Shown here one piece after another: positions 1 to 10,119 of a stretch of DNA of 64,000 nt (its first letter is position 1; each line of letters opens with the position of its first letter). Location: assembly GCA_963792965.1 (NCBI GenBank), contig CAWBYW010000007.1, positions 32,001-96,000 of the forward strand, given 5' to 3'. This DNA comes from an uncultured delta proteobacterium. GTDB taxonomy: Bacteria; Desulfobacterota; Zymogenia; Zymogenales; Zymogenaceae. The position numbers and the translations under genes are program-made. The notes beneath the pieces are model-generated. The model saw nothing but the letters and a program-made list of their open reading frames with translations. It was not told the DNA's origin and did not search any database.

Positions 1-210
1 TTCGGTGGTACCGTTCGCTATTTTGAATTTCTTCGCGGAGTCGACAATGTCAATATCCATCTCCCCGAACATGTTCATAATGTCGTCGAGCTGATCCGGG
101 TAGAGATCGGGGGGGAGGAGGTCGTTGACTTCATCGTAAGTGAGAAATCCTTTTTCCTTTCCTAAATTAATGAGCTGCTTGACCTCATCAATTCCGGAAT
201 TCTTCGCCAT
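1..210 (-). CDS. rpoD: RNA polymerase primary sigma factor RpoD, 5' part (runs off the window start)
   Basis: Manual translation from ATG at 210: MAKNSGIDEVKQLINLGKEKGFLTYDEVNDLLPPDLYPDQLDDIMNMFGEMDIDIVD, which is sigma70 region 1.1. SD GAGGTG; directly downstream of dnaG. Confidence 0.93.
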   Translation of the reverse strand, partial: MAKNSGIDEVKQLINLGKEKGFLTYDEVNDLLPPDLYPDQLDDIMNMFGEMDIDIVDSAKKFKIANGTTE

Positions 211-214
211 AAAA

Positions 215-1987
215 TCACCTCTTTAAGTTTTTTGTATAGTCCATCTTTTTTCTTAACAGCTCGGCGTCCAGCTCCCCGGACGGTTCCTCCTTCAACCGCA
301 GGTTGATTTCCCTGGATTTTCGCCCGAGCTCTTTTTTTTCGAGGCACCATATGCAGTTTCTGGCGATCTCAAGCGCCTCGGATTCGTCCTGGATCTCGTC
401 TACGTCAATGAACGAAAGCCCGATGAGCTCTTGTCGTATACCCGTATCGCCGACGGTATCTAAAAGTGATGAGAGGGAAAGGGACTGTCCGCCCCGTGTC
501 GATTCATAGATCTTCTGTATCAGTCCCCTGATCACGTCTTCCTCGAAGAGACCCAGGTGCCGCTCGTTGAAACCCGCCTGGAGGAGGACCCCGGGGAAAT
601 TGGCCGCGATCTTGAAAAGGCGAGACTCCATTGCCGGGGGACGAAAGTCCTTCGGGACAATCTCTTCAGTTGCACGTCCTTTTGTTTGCGTGACTCCTTT
701 CTTTAAAAGGGAATTGACTTTCTCGACGACTGAGTGATCTCTGATTCCCAATCGCTCAGATACTTTCGCGACGTATTGGTCACGGTCTTCATCGGATCGC
801 TTAACAGAAATAATTCTAGCGGACTCCTCAAGAGCGAGCGAGATATCCTTTGATTTTGTCAGGTCATATCGTTCAAAAATACGTTTCAAACAAAAATTAT
901 AAATCTCCTCGGCACCATCAATCGCGTCATAAAAAGCCGCCGTTCCATTGTTTCTTATGAAGTCATCCGGATCCTCTCCAGTTGATAGAACCGCTGCTCT
1001 TGCGAAAATATCTCCGCCGGCGAAGAGGGGTAGTGTCCTCTCGGCCGCCTTGATCCCCGCTTCATCCGGATCAAAGAGGAGCACCACCTCCCGCGTATAG
1101 CGACCCAGGAGCTTCAGGTGATCCTTTGTGAGGGCCGTGCCGAGGGTCGCGGCAACGTTCCTTATCCCCGCCTGAAAGAGGGCGATCAGGTCAAAATATC
1201 CCTCTACGATGATGGCGTGCCCCGACTTCCTGATCTCCTCTCGCGTGATGGAGAGCCCATAGAGGACCTCGCCTTTGTGGTAAATGGGGGTCTCCGGTGA
1301 ATTAAGGTATTTCGGCTCTCCCGCGCCGATGATCCTGCCGCCGAAACCGACGCATCGCTCCCGGTGATCCCGGATCGGGAAGATGATCCGATTACGGAAG
1401 CGATCATACGCACCCCGATCACTCTCACCCACGAGACCCGCCAGGGCCAAGATCTTGGTGCTATGCCCCATATGACGGAAGTGTGAGATCAGGGCATCTG
1501 TTCGGGCGGGGGCATAGCCTATCTGAAAGAGGAGGAGCGTCTCTTTGTCAAGCCCCCGTTTCTTGAGATAGTCGATCGCTCCCTTCGCCTTGGGAGTCTT
1601 AAGGTTCTCCGAAAAATAGTTACGGGCATCCTCGTTGATCGTATAGAGCTTGGTAATTCGGTCGTCCCTCTTTTCGCCGGCTTCGGCGCTTGTCACGACT
1701 CGGATCCCGCATCCATCCCCGAGCTCCTTGACGGCGTCAGTGAACGACATCCCTTCTATTTCCATCAGGAAGGTGATGGCGTTTCCCCCCTTCCCGCAAC
1801 CGAAGCATTTATAGATTCCCTTTTCGGGGTTAACGGAAAAAGAGGGGGTCTTCTCCGCATGAAAGGGACACAACCCCACGAAATTGCGTCCCGCCTTCCT
1901 CAGTGGGACGTACTTGCCGACGAGACTCAGGATATCCGTTCGATCCCTGATCTCATCGATAGTCCTTTCAGGTATCCTTCCCGGCAT
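215..1987 (-). CDS. dnaG: DNA primase
   Basis: CHC2 zinc finger CPFHAEKTPSF...CFGC, then DRFRNRIIFPI, KYLNSPET and Toprim motifs VEGYFD and FDPDEAG. Start chosen at MPGRIPE (1987). Confidence 0.96.
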   Translation of the reverse strand: MPGRIPERTIDEIRDRTDILSLVGKYVPLRKAGRNFVGLCPFHAEKTPSFSVNPEKGIYKCFGCGKGGNAITFLMEIEGMSFTDAVKELGDGCGIRVVTSAEAGEKRDDRITKLYTINEDARNYFSENLKTPKAKGAIDYLKKRGLDKETLLLFQIGYAPARTDALISHFRHMGHSTKILALAGLVGESDRGAYDRFRNRIIFPIRDHRERCVGFGGRIIGAGEPKYLNSPETPIYHKGEVLYGLSITREEIRKSGHAIIVEGYFDLIALFQAGIRNVAATLGTALTKDHLKLLGRYTREVVLLFDPDEAGIKAAERTLPLFAGGDIFARAAVLSTGEDPDDFIRNNGTAAFYDAIDGAEEIYNFCLKRIFERYDLTKSKDISLALEESARIISVKRSDEDRDQYVAKVSERLGIRDHSVVEKVNSLLKKGVTQTKGRATEEIVPKDFRPPAMESRLFKIAANFPGVLLQAGFNERHLGLFEEDVIRGLIQKIYESTRGGQSLSLSSLLDTVGDTGIRQELIGLSFIDVDEIQDESEALEIARNCIWCLEKKELGRKSREINLRLKEEPSGELDAELLRKKMDYTKNLKR

Positions 1988-2174
1988 ACCCCACCCCCAC
2001 CTTCCTTTCGGCCTTCGGATCTTGTGAATCAGAAAATCCGAATGGCGGCCTTTTATGCTCCTCAAGGAAGGCCTCCGAATTCCCCGCCTTCCGATCAGAG
2101 ACCCGCATCTATCCGCCCGGAGGCTCTCACGCACGGCGTCTCGCCGTGCGCTGACGCCGCCCTGATCTCACTCG

Positions 2175-4516
2175 TCAGGACAGCTCCACGGTGGTCACCC
2201 CGTCGTTGACCCCGCCGTACTTCATCCCCTTCACGTGCGAATGGTCCTTGAGGTAATTCCTAATACCTTTCTTGAGCCTGCCGGTTCCCTTGCCGTGGAT
2301 GATCTCAAGCTCGGCCAGGCCGACGAGGATCGCGTTATCTATCGCCTTGTCGACGACGGGGATCGCGTCCTCGACGGTGAATCCAATGATGTTAATCTCA
2401 GTCTTAGGCTCACTATATTGCTCGTGGTAGGCGCCCCCCCTTTCTCCGGCACGGGCAGCATCTCCTTCTTGAGCTCCCTGATATCTACCGAGACTTTCCT
2501 ACCCCCGAACGCAACGTCAGCCCGGTCGGCGTCCCGCGAAAGCAGCCTGCCGACTACCTTGGAGCCTTTCAGCGATACCGCGTCCCCGACCGAAAGCTCC
2601 TGAGGGGACGAGCTATCACGAACGGGCTCGGGCACCTCATTGATGAGCGCGCGCTTGGTGTCGTGGAACTCCCCATGGATTTCTCCCTTTTTGATCTGCG
2701 CACTTTCCATCCGAGAGAATATCTCCCTGAAACGCTCCTCGTATCGCTTGACGGTCTGGCTCACCTCTCGCCTGAAGGAATCGATGATCTCGTTTCGCTT
2801 CTCGTTGATGACCTCCACGAGCCGCCCCAGCTCATCGGTCAGCGCGGCCTGCCGCCCCTTGATCTCGGTCAGTGAGGCGCGCTGTGATTCAACCGCCCGG
2901 CGCTCATGCTCGAGCTTCGTGATGAGGCCCGTCAGCTTCTTTGACTCCTCGGAGAGGTTCTCCTTTGCCTTTGCGATGACTTCGGCGGGGAGCGAAAGGG
3001 CTTGAGCCACCGCAACGGCGTTGCTGCCCCCCGGGGTGCCGTAGTGGAGCGTGTAGAGCGGGGTTTGGCTCCTCTCGTCAAAGACGACCGAAACATTTAT
3101 TGCATCACCGCGGTTCAGCGCGTATGTCTTCAGTATATTTAGATGTGTGGTTACGAGAATCGTTGCTCCACGGTGGAGCAGGTAATCGAGGGACGCCATG
3201 GCCAGAGCGCTCCCCTGGTCGGGGTCCGTCGCAGACATGATCTCGTCGATGAGGACAAGCGAATCTTTGCCGGCGTCCGAAAGGATATACTTGAGCCGGT
3301 GAACCTTTGCGGAGAAGCTCGATAGCTTTCCTTCGATATCCTGCTCATCGCCGATATCGGCAAAGACGTCGGAAAAGACGACCGCGCGGCTCCCCTCGGC
3401 GACCGGTATCGGGATACCGGTCATAAACATGAGGGAGAGGAGCCCGAGGGTCTTGAGGGCGGCGGTCTTGCCGCCCGTATTGGCCCCCGAAAGGATAACG
3501 AGTCGCTTGTCTCCGCCGATCATCACGTCAATGGGGACGGCCTGATTTGAGAATTCATGAACCCCGCTGCGCGTTCCGCTGTGAAGGAGAAGTGGATGAC
3601 GGGCCGAGATAAACGATACCTTCCCGGAATCGTCGATTTCGGGGGCCACTCCGCCGGAGGCTTCGCCGAAAAGCGCGCGGGCGGCGAGCATATCGATCCC
3701 GATGACGATGCGGTGATTTTCGCCGATCGCCTGACGGACCTGCCTGATTTCGGCAGAAATTCTCTTTAAGACCCTGATCTCCTCGTCCTTTTCCTCTTTG
3801 GTGAGGGAGGAGAGCTCGTTGTTTCTTTCCATGACGGCCAACGGCTCGATAAAGAGGGTCTGGCTCGACTGAGACCGGTCGTGGACAATGCCCTGGATCC
3901 TCCCCTTATACTCGGACTTGACCGGCAGCACATACCGCCCGTTCCTTTGGGTGACGATGGGCTCCTGCAGGGCCTCCTTAGCGGTGGAGGAACTCATGAC
4001 GGCAAGGAGCGCCTTGTTGAGCTCGTCCCGCGCATTCCTGATCTTGCCCCTGAGCTCCCTGAGCCGCTCGCTTGCCCCGTCAAGGATCTCTCCCTGGGGT
4101 CCGATGGCCGATTCGACCTGCGACTCGATTCGCTTCATGACCGTAATCGGGTCTACAAGCGAGGCCGCCAGCGGATACCGCTCGGAAAGTCGGGACAGGA
4201 ATGACTTGATCTTTCTCTGCCCCGAGAGGTTGGAGCCCACGTCGAGTATCTCGTGGGAGGAAAGGTACGCTCCCTCCACCGCGAGCTGGCCAATAAGGGG
4301 CGAGACGTCGCTGATACCGCCGAACGGGAGTTTTCCCTCAACGGACCCGATCTCGCGGATCTCTTTCACGGTCATCTGGGTCCTGGAAACAACGCCGCCG
4401 TCGGTGAGGGGAAAAAGGCTCAGACAGCCCTCAGCTCCCGGGAAGGTGGAGGCGAAGTCCGCGAGAATCTTCAGGATTTTCGGGTATTCCAGAACCTCGA
4501 GTGTGCGGTTGTCCAT
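2175..4516 (-). CDS. mutS2: Endonuclease MutS2; the C-terminal Smr domain is out of frame at a G7 run (2434-2440)
   Basis: LEVLEYPKI start, GIVHDRSQSSQTLFIEP, P-loop SGANTGGKT, DIGDEQ, LIDE. The Smr domain (EINIIGFTVEDAIPVVDKAIDNA...IIHGKGTGRLKKGIRNYL...VELS, stop at 2175) lies in the adjacent frame. Confidence 0.92.
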
Positions 4517-4625
4517 CTGCACTTTCTGTGAATGAAAGGCGCACTGCGGGTCCTCTTCCCGTTTCGGTTCGAGGCTCCGTCGCCCTCCTTCATCAAGAAG
4601 TTCTGCTCTCGAAGACGAAGTGTGT

Positions 4626-5078
4626 CTATAATGAGGAAAGTTTCTCTTTCACCAGCTCGCTGACGGTCTTTCCGTCCGCTCTTCCGGTGACATCGGCCAT
4701 CAGGAGTTTCATGACCTTTCCCATGTCCTTGGGACCGGCGGCGCCGGACTCGGACACGGCCTTATCGACGAGCGCCGAAAGCTCTTCTCCGGTCAGCTGC
4801 TGGGGGAGGTAGGCCTTCAGAATCGCCATCTCCGACTCCTCCTTCTTGGCCATGTCTTCCCGTCCGCCTTTTCTGAACCCCTCAATGGCTTCCGCGCGGG
4901 TCTTTATCTGAGAGTTCACCGCCTGTAAGAGCTCCTGCTCGGTGAGCTCTCCGATCTTTTCTACCTCGCGGTTCTTTATGGTGGCTTTGAGCATCCGGAT
5001 AACGCTGACGCGGATGGTATCTTTCTTCTTCTGGGCTTCTTTGAGGTCGTTGTCGAGTTGTTCTTTGAGAGAAGGCAT
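4626..5078 (-). CDS. yqeY: GatB/YqeY domain protein
   Basis: SLKEQLDNDLKEAQK...IRMLKATIKN...GREDMAKKE...YLPQQL...DMGKVMK...ADGK, the YqeY pattern. Usual position upstream of mutS2/dnaG. Confidence 0.92.
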   Translation of the reverse strand: MPSLKEQLDNDLKEAQKKKDTIRVSVIRMLKATIKNREVEKIGELTEQELLQAVNSQIKTRAEAIEGFRKGGREDMAKKEESEMAILKAYLPQQLTGEELSALVDKAVSESGAAGPKDMGKVMKLLMADVTGRADGKTVSELVKEKLSSL

Positions 5079-5109
5079 CGTTTCCTCGGTCCATTACTCA
5101 AATTTACTC

Positions 5110-5137
5110 ATTATAACAAATACTCTAATCTTGTCAA
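5110..5137 (-). promoter_or_regulatory. sigma70 promoter for yqeY-mutS2-dnaG-rpoD
   Basis: Minus strand TTGACA-16nt-TATAAT with an extended TG, both hexamers at full consensus, 31 nt before the yqeY ATG. Confidence 0.8.
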
Positions 5138-5444
5138 TACTTTTCATCGTTTTGGCTTACTTTTCCCCCTCTTTTCTCCCTCCTATCACCTCATTTTGGT
5201 TTATTCAGGTCAAATCCGGCCTCCTTTCTACCAAAATTGACGATAATAAGGCATGAAGCCACCCACTCGATATGGGCGTCTGCCCCGCCGCGCCGAGATC
5301 GACGGCCGTCCACTCTTCCGGACCGAGTAGAGTCCCCTGCTAAGATCGCACGGGACTGGTGCGTAAGACCATCGGATGCTCAATCCTTTGACTTGTCGTC
5401 CGGGATATGATAATAATGAGTCCTCTCGGAATATGGAGGCTCAT

Positions 5445-6749
5445 GTGCAATTCTGGAAAAAGGATACGGAAACGATCGGGCGCGGAAAGCTCGAAAAAGA
5501 AACCACAAAAGGGCTCAGGCTGACGATCGCGCGCGCCCTGCGCACACCCTACTACGCCAAGCTCCTGACGGATCTCGGGCTGTCGGAAAAATCGATACGG
5601 AATCCCGGCGATATCGAAAGATTCCCCTTTACCGATAAGACCGCGCTGCGCCGGAACAACCTGTACGATTTCCTGGCGGTTCCCCTTAGGGAAGTGATCC
5701 GCATGCACTCGTCGTCCGGGACAACGGGCAGGCCCGTGGTCGTCTTCCATACGAGGTATGACATCGACCAATGGGCCGACCTCGTGGCGCGCTGCCTCTA
5801 TATGACCGGTTTTCGGGACACCGATATCTTTCAGAACATGATGGGATACGGGCTCTTCACCGGCGGGCTCGGGTTTCATTACGGCGCCGAGCGAGTCGGG
5901 GCGCTCGTGATCCCCGCGGGCTCGGGGAACTCGAAGAGACAGATCATGCTCATGAGGGAGTACGGCACCACCGCGCTCCATATCATCCCGAGCTACGCGC
6001 TCCACCTGGCCTCGGTGTTCGAGGAAGAGGGTGTGGATCCGAGGCGTGATACTCATCTGAGGTATGCTTACGTCGGGGCCGAGCCGCATTCGGAGGAATC
6101 GCGTAAAAGAATCGAGGAATTCTATGGGGTTGACGCCTTCAACTCATACGGGCTTTCGGAAATGTGCGGCCCCGGTGTCGCCTTCGAATGTCCCGAAAAA
6201 GCGGGAATGCACATATGGGAAGACCGGTACTTCGTCGAGGTGATAGATCCGAAGACCGAAAAACCCGTTGGGCCGGGGGTAGAAGGGGAGCTTGTGTTGA
6301 CGACGCTCGACCGCGAGGCGATGCCGATGATACGCTACCGGACGCGGGACCTCGTGAAGCTGTTTGCCGATCCGTGCCCGTGCGGGAGGACCCATCGACG
6401 CATCGGCCGCATCACGGGCAGGACCGACGATATGCTCATCATCAAGGGAGTAAACATCTTTCCCGTTCAGGTCGAGCGGGTCCTCATGGGGTGCGAGGGG
6501 GTAGGATCAAACTTTCTCATCGAGCTTGAGACGGCCGATCATATCGACCAGATGACCGTGCGCGTCGAGGGTGATCAGGCCCTTTTTTCCGGCGACGGCA
6601 AGAAGGTCCCGGGCCTTGAAAAACGGATCGTGGCGGAGCTGAAGTCCGAGATCCTGATCACGCCGCGCGTTCGCGTCGTACCTCCGGGAAGCCTTCCGGC
6701 CGGCGAGGGAAAGGCCGTCCGGGTCGTCGATAAGAGGGACAAGGGATAG
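5445..6749 (+). CDS. paaK: Phenylacetate--CoA ligase family protein
   Basis: RMHSSSGTTGRP, GYGLFTGGLGFHYGAE, NSYGLSEMCGPG, PMIRYRTRD, GRTDDMLIIKGVNIFP, GKAVRVVDKR. GTG at 5445 follows GGAGG; ATG 5433 is an alternative start. Confidence 0.9.
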   Translation: MQFWKKDTETIGRGKLEKETTKGLRLTIARALRTPYYAKLLTDLGLSEKSIRNPGDIERFPFTDKTALRRNNLYDFLAVPLREVIRMHSSSGTTGRPVVVFHTRYDIDQWADLVARCLYMTGFRDTDIFQNMMGYGLFTGGLGFHYGAERVGALVIPAGSGNSKRQIMLMREYGTTALHIIPSYALHLASVFEEEGVDPRRDTHLRYAYVGAEPHSEESRKRIEEFYGVDAFNSYGLSEMCGPGVAFECPEKAGMHIWEDRYFVEVIDPKTEKPVGPGVEGELVLTTLDREAMPMIRYRTRDLVKLFADPCPCGRTHRRIGRITGRTDDMLIIKGVNIFPVQVERVLMGCEGVGSNFLIELETADHIDQMTVRVEGDQALFSGDGKKVPGLEKRIVAELKSEILITPRVRVVPPGSLPAGEGKAVRVVDKRDKG

Positions 6750-6914
6750 GAGAGATCGCTGATGGTCGGGTGCCGGTCCCTTGGCCTGGGGCCGCCTGAG
6801 ACGGTCATGCCATTTCCAGCGGTTTCCGCGGGCCGTCTGCCGGCCGCTTCACACGGGCAGAGCGGATCTGCCCGGAGCTTGCCCTCATCTAACCAATTAC
6901 GCACAGGTGTACCT

Positions 6915-7877
6915 ATGGGCCATATTACCGATGTGGCGGGGATCTCCGTGGGACATGTGACCGATGCGGTCCATCATACCGGGGTGACCGCGGTCCTCTT
7001 TTCTCACGCGATGCCGTGCGGCGTAGATGTGAGGGGCGGGGGGCCGGGAACGCGGGAGACCGATGCGCTGGGCCCCCTCGGCCTTGTGGAGACCGCCGAT
7101 GCCGTCGTGCTTGCCGGGGGCAGTGCGTTCGGGCTGGACGCCGCCTCGGGGGCGATGAGATGGCTGAAGGAGCGGGGGAGAGGCGTGCAGACCGGGTTCG
7201 GCAACGTCCCCATCGTTAGCGCGGCGGTAATCTTTGACCTGCCGGTCGGAGGCGGAAAGGTTACCCCCACCGAGGAATGGGGATACCGGGCCTGCGAGGC
7301 GGCGTCCGAAAACGATTCTTCCCGCGGAAACGTCGGCGCGGGGACGGGGGCCACCGTAGGGAAGCTCTACGGCATGGAGTGGGCGACCAAATCGGGCCTG
7401 GGCTCCGCCTCGGTGACCGGAGCGGGCGGGCTGATCGTGGGGGCGATCGCCGTCGTCAACGCGCTCGGGAGCATCATCGACCCGGAAAGCGGCTCCGTCA
7501 TCGCGGGGACATTGGCACGCGACAAAAAGTCATTTGCCGATCCGCGCGCGCTTATCCGTGAGGTATCGTATCCTTTTGTGCCTCCCGGCTCCTCGACCAT
7601 CATAGCCGTGGTCGCCGTCTCGGCGCGGTTCAGCAAGCTCGATATGAGCCGGATCGCCCGGATGGCCCACGACGGAATAGCACGCGCAAGCCTCCCGTCT
7701 CACACAATGCTCGACGGCGATACGATCTTTGCGGTGTCCGCGGGGGCCAGAGAATATGTCGATGTGTCGATCTGTGGATCATTGGCGGCTCTGTCCATCG
7801 AATATGCCATTGCCGACGCGGTCAGGAGCGCAGATAGCGCGGCGGGACTGCCCGCCGCCCGTGACATCGCCGAATGA
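6915..7877 (+). CDS. P1/S58 family peptidase (DmpA/NylC-like self-cleaving amidohydrolase)
   Basis: HITDVAGISVGH, DVRGGGPGTRETD, LAGGSAFGL, GNVGAGTGA, AHDGIARA..PSHTMLDGDTIFA. Confidence 0.88.
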   Translation: MGHITDVAGISVGHVTDAVHHTGVTAVLFSHAMPCGVDVRGGGPGTRETDALGPLGLVETADAVVLAGGSAFGLDAASGAMRWLKERGRGVQTGFGNVPIVSAAVIFDLPVGGGKVTPTEEWGYRACEAASENDSSRGNVGAGTGATVGKLYGMEWATKSGLGSASVTGAGGLIVGAIAVVNALGSIIDPESGSVIAGTLARDKKSFADPRALIREVSYPFVPPGSSTIIAVVAVSARFSKLDMSRIARMAHDGIARASLPSHTMLDGDTIFAVSAGAREYVDVSICGSLAALSIEYAIADAVRSADSAAGLPAARDIAE

Positions 7878-7906
7878 TGCGGACGCGCGGCGCAGAAACG
7901 TTTTTC

Positions 7907-7935
7907 TTGACAAACAGGGGGGATCTTTATACAGT
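7907..7935 (+). promoter_or_regulatory. sigma70 promoter for the DUF1015-methyltransferase pair
   Basis: TTGACA-17nt-TACAGT, followed by a GGAGG SD before TTG 7963. Confidence 0.6.
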
Positions 7936-7962
7936 TATTCATTTACCATATGGAGGCGTGCG

Positions 7963-9250
7963 TTGGCAGTCGTAAAACCTTTCCGCGCGGTTCGCTATAA
8001 CGAGCGTCTCCTCAAATACGCCGAGAATTTGATGGCCCCCCCCTATGACGTCATCTCTCCTGAACAGCAGGAATTGTATTACGACCAGAGCCCTTTTAAT
8101 ATCATCAGGCTTATCCTCGGCAAAGAGTTCCCGGGCGATAGTGAAGGCTACAATCGCTACACCCGCGCCCGCGATTTCCTCGATAATTGGCAGCGTGACA
8201 AGATACTCGTCACGGACGACGAGCTGTCGCTCTACGGATACTCCCAGATATATCGCGAGCCGACCGGTAGGACGGTCAGGCGGGATGGGTTCGTGGCGCT
8301 CCTCTTCATCGAGGAGTGGGAGAAGGGGAGCGTCTTCCCGCACGAGCGGACCTACTCGGGGCCGAAAGCCGACCGGCTCAGACTCGTCAGGGCCACGAGG
8401 CACCAGATGAGCTTCATTTTCTCTCTCTACTCCGACCCGCCTGGAGAGACGGCCCCGCTGATTAAAGGGATCAACGAATCCCCGGAGGTTACCCGGTATC
8501 TGGACGAAGAAGGGGTCGAGCATATCTTCACGCGCTGTACCGATCGTGAGATTCACGCTGCATTGAGCGCCACGATGAAAGACAAGAAGGTCTTCATCGC
8601 CGACGGCCATCACCGGTACGAGACGTTCCTTGCCTTCCGAGATGAGCTCGATCGTCAGGGTGTTAAGGCAGACGGGCATCGCTGGGCGATCATGTACTTC
8701 GCTCCCCTGGAAGGAGACGCTATCACAATCCTCCCCTGTCACCGGATCATATCGACGGCCAAGCCCATCAACGAGCCGGCCGTCGTAAAAGAGCTCGGGC
8801 GCTTTTTTACCGTCGAGACGTATGATGCGTCCGACCGGAACGCCGCCCTTTTCATCGAAGCGCTCGAGCACAAGGGGAAAGGGAGCTTCGGCTTCTATAC
8901 GGGACGAGACCATTATTATCTTTTGACGCTCTCCGATCTCACACCGGACGGATCACTTCTTTCCCGCCGATATGAGAGATGAGATCAAGAATCTCGACGT
9001 ATCCACCCTTCACCATGTTATCATCGCCGGGATTCTCGGGCTTACGGAACCCTCCATCGACTACTCCCATGACGCCCGCCATGCCCTCGGGCAGGGCCGC
9101 CGGGGTAAATCGGCCGTCTTCCTGGTCAATCCGACCGGGGTCCAAGAGGTCAAGGAAGCGTCCCTTCTCGGGGGGCGTATGCCGCAAAAGAGCACCTACT
9201 TCTACCCCAAGCTCGCCTCGGGCCTTGCGCTCTATCGGATGGTTACCTGA
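7963..9250 (+). CDS. DUF1015 family protein (one frameshift near 8945)
   Basis: VKPFRAVRY, APPYDVIS, FPHERT, IADGHHRYET in the first frame; LDVSTLH...RMPQKSTYFYPKLASGL in the second frame (ORF 8972-9250). Confidence 0.85.
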
Positions 9251-9262
9251 CGGAACGTCGCC

Positions 9263-10000
9263 ATGTCCGCATCGTGTGCGCCGGATCAGCATATCGAGTA
9301 TCCCCTCACGATCCATCAACCCCCGAAGGGTTATCGGTATAGCCTTGACCCTTTCCTCTTGGCCTCTTTTACCACCCTCAAGAAACGCGAGAGGATCCTC
9401 GACCTTGGCTCAGGCGTGGGGATCATCGGACTGCTGTTGGCTACGCGCTATCCCGACTGCACGATCCAGGGGATCGAGATACAGCGGCGACTCTTTGACT
9501 TTGCCGTCCGAAATGCTGAGGAGAATCGTCTCGACGAAAGGGTAGTCAACACCCTCGGCGACTTTCGGAGGATAACCGACTACTTTGGGCGTGCTTCCTT
9601 TACCTCGGTGATCTCTAATCCCCCATACCGTCCCCTCGGGACGGGACGGAAAAATCTCGACGAAGAGAGCGCCTGCGCCCGCCATGAGCTCACGGGGGGG
9701 CTCGCTGACGTCGCCAAAGCCGCGGCCGCCGTCATCGAGCCGGGAGGGAAGCTCTTTCTCATCTACGGCGCGCAGAGGGCCGCAGACCTCTTCGGCGCTC
9801 TCAGATCGTCTGGTTTCGAGCCGAAACGTCTGAGATTCGTTCATGCGCGCCGGGAGAGCCCCGCTCAGATGGTAATGATCGAGGCCCGACTCGGCTCGGG
9901 GGTAGAGATGGTGGTGATGCCCCCGCTCTTCGTATGGAAAGCCCCGGGCATCTATACCGATGAGGTCCGCCTGGCGTTAGGCGGGGGGACGGGTAAATAG
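9263..10000 (+). CDS. tRNA1(Val) (adenine37-N6)-methyltransferase-like SAM-dependent methyltransferase
   Basis: HQPPKGYRYSLDPFLLASF, LDLGSGVGII, ISNPPY, ARHE, EPKRLRFVH. Confidence 0.85.
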   Translation: MSASCAPDQHIEYPLTIHQPPKGYRYSLDPFLLASFTTLKKRERILDLGSGVGIIGLLLATRYPDCTIQGIEIQRRLFDFAVRNAEENRLDERVVNTLGDFRRITDYFGRASFTSVISNPPYRPLGTGRKNLDEESACARHELTGGLADVAKAAAAVIEPGGKLFLIYGAQRAADLFGALRSSGFEPKRLRFVHARRESPAQMVMIEARLGSGVEMVVMPPLFVWKAPGIYTDEVRLALGGGTGK

Positions 10001-10119
10001 CTATTGACACCGGGGCTGTAAAATGCTTAAATTACAGAAAACGAAACTCAATGGATGTAGTGGCGTAGGGCGAGGGACAAGGGATGGACGGACCTCTCTC
10101 GTAAGACGGCAAGGCGTGT

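Noticed and set aside
2425-2450. Programmed -1 ribosomal frameshift in mutS2
   Set aside because: The run does not form an in-frame X_XXY_YYZ heptamer, and I see no stimulatory structure just downstream.
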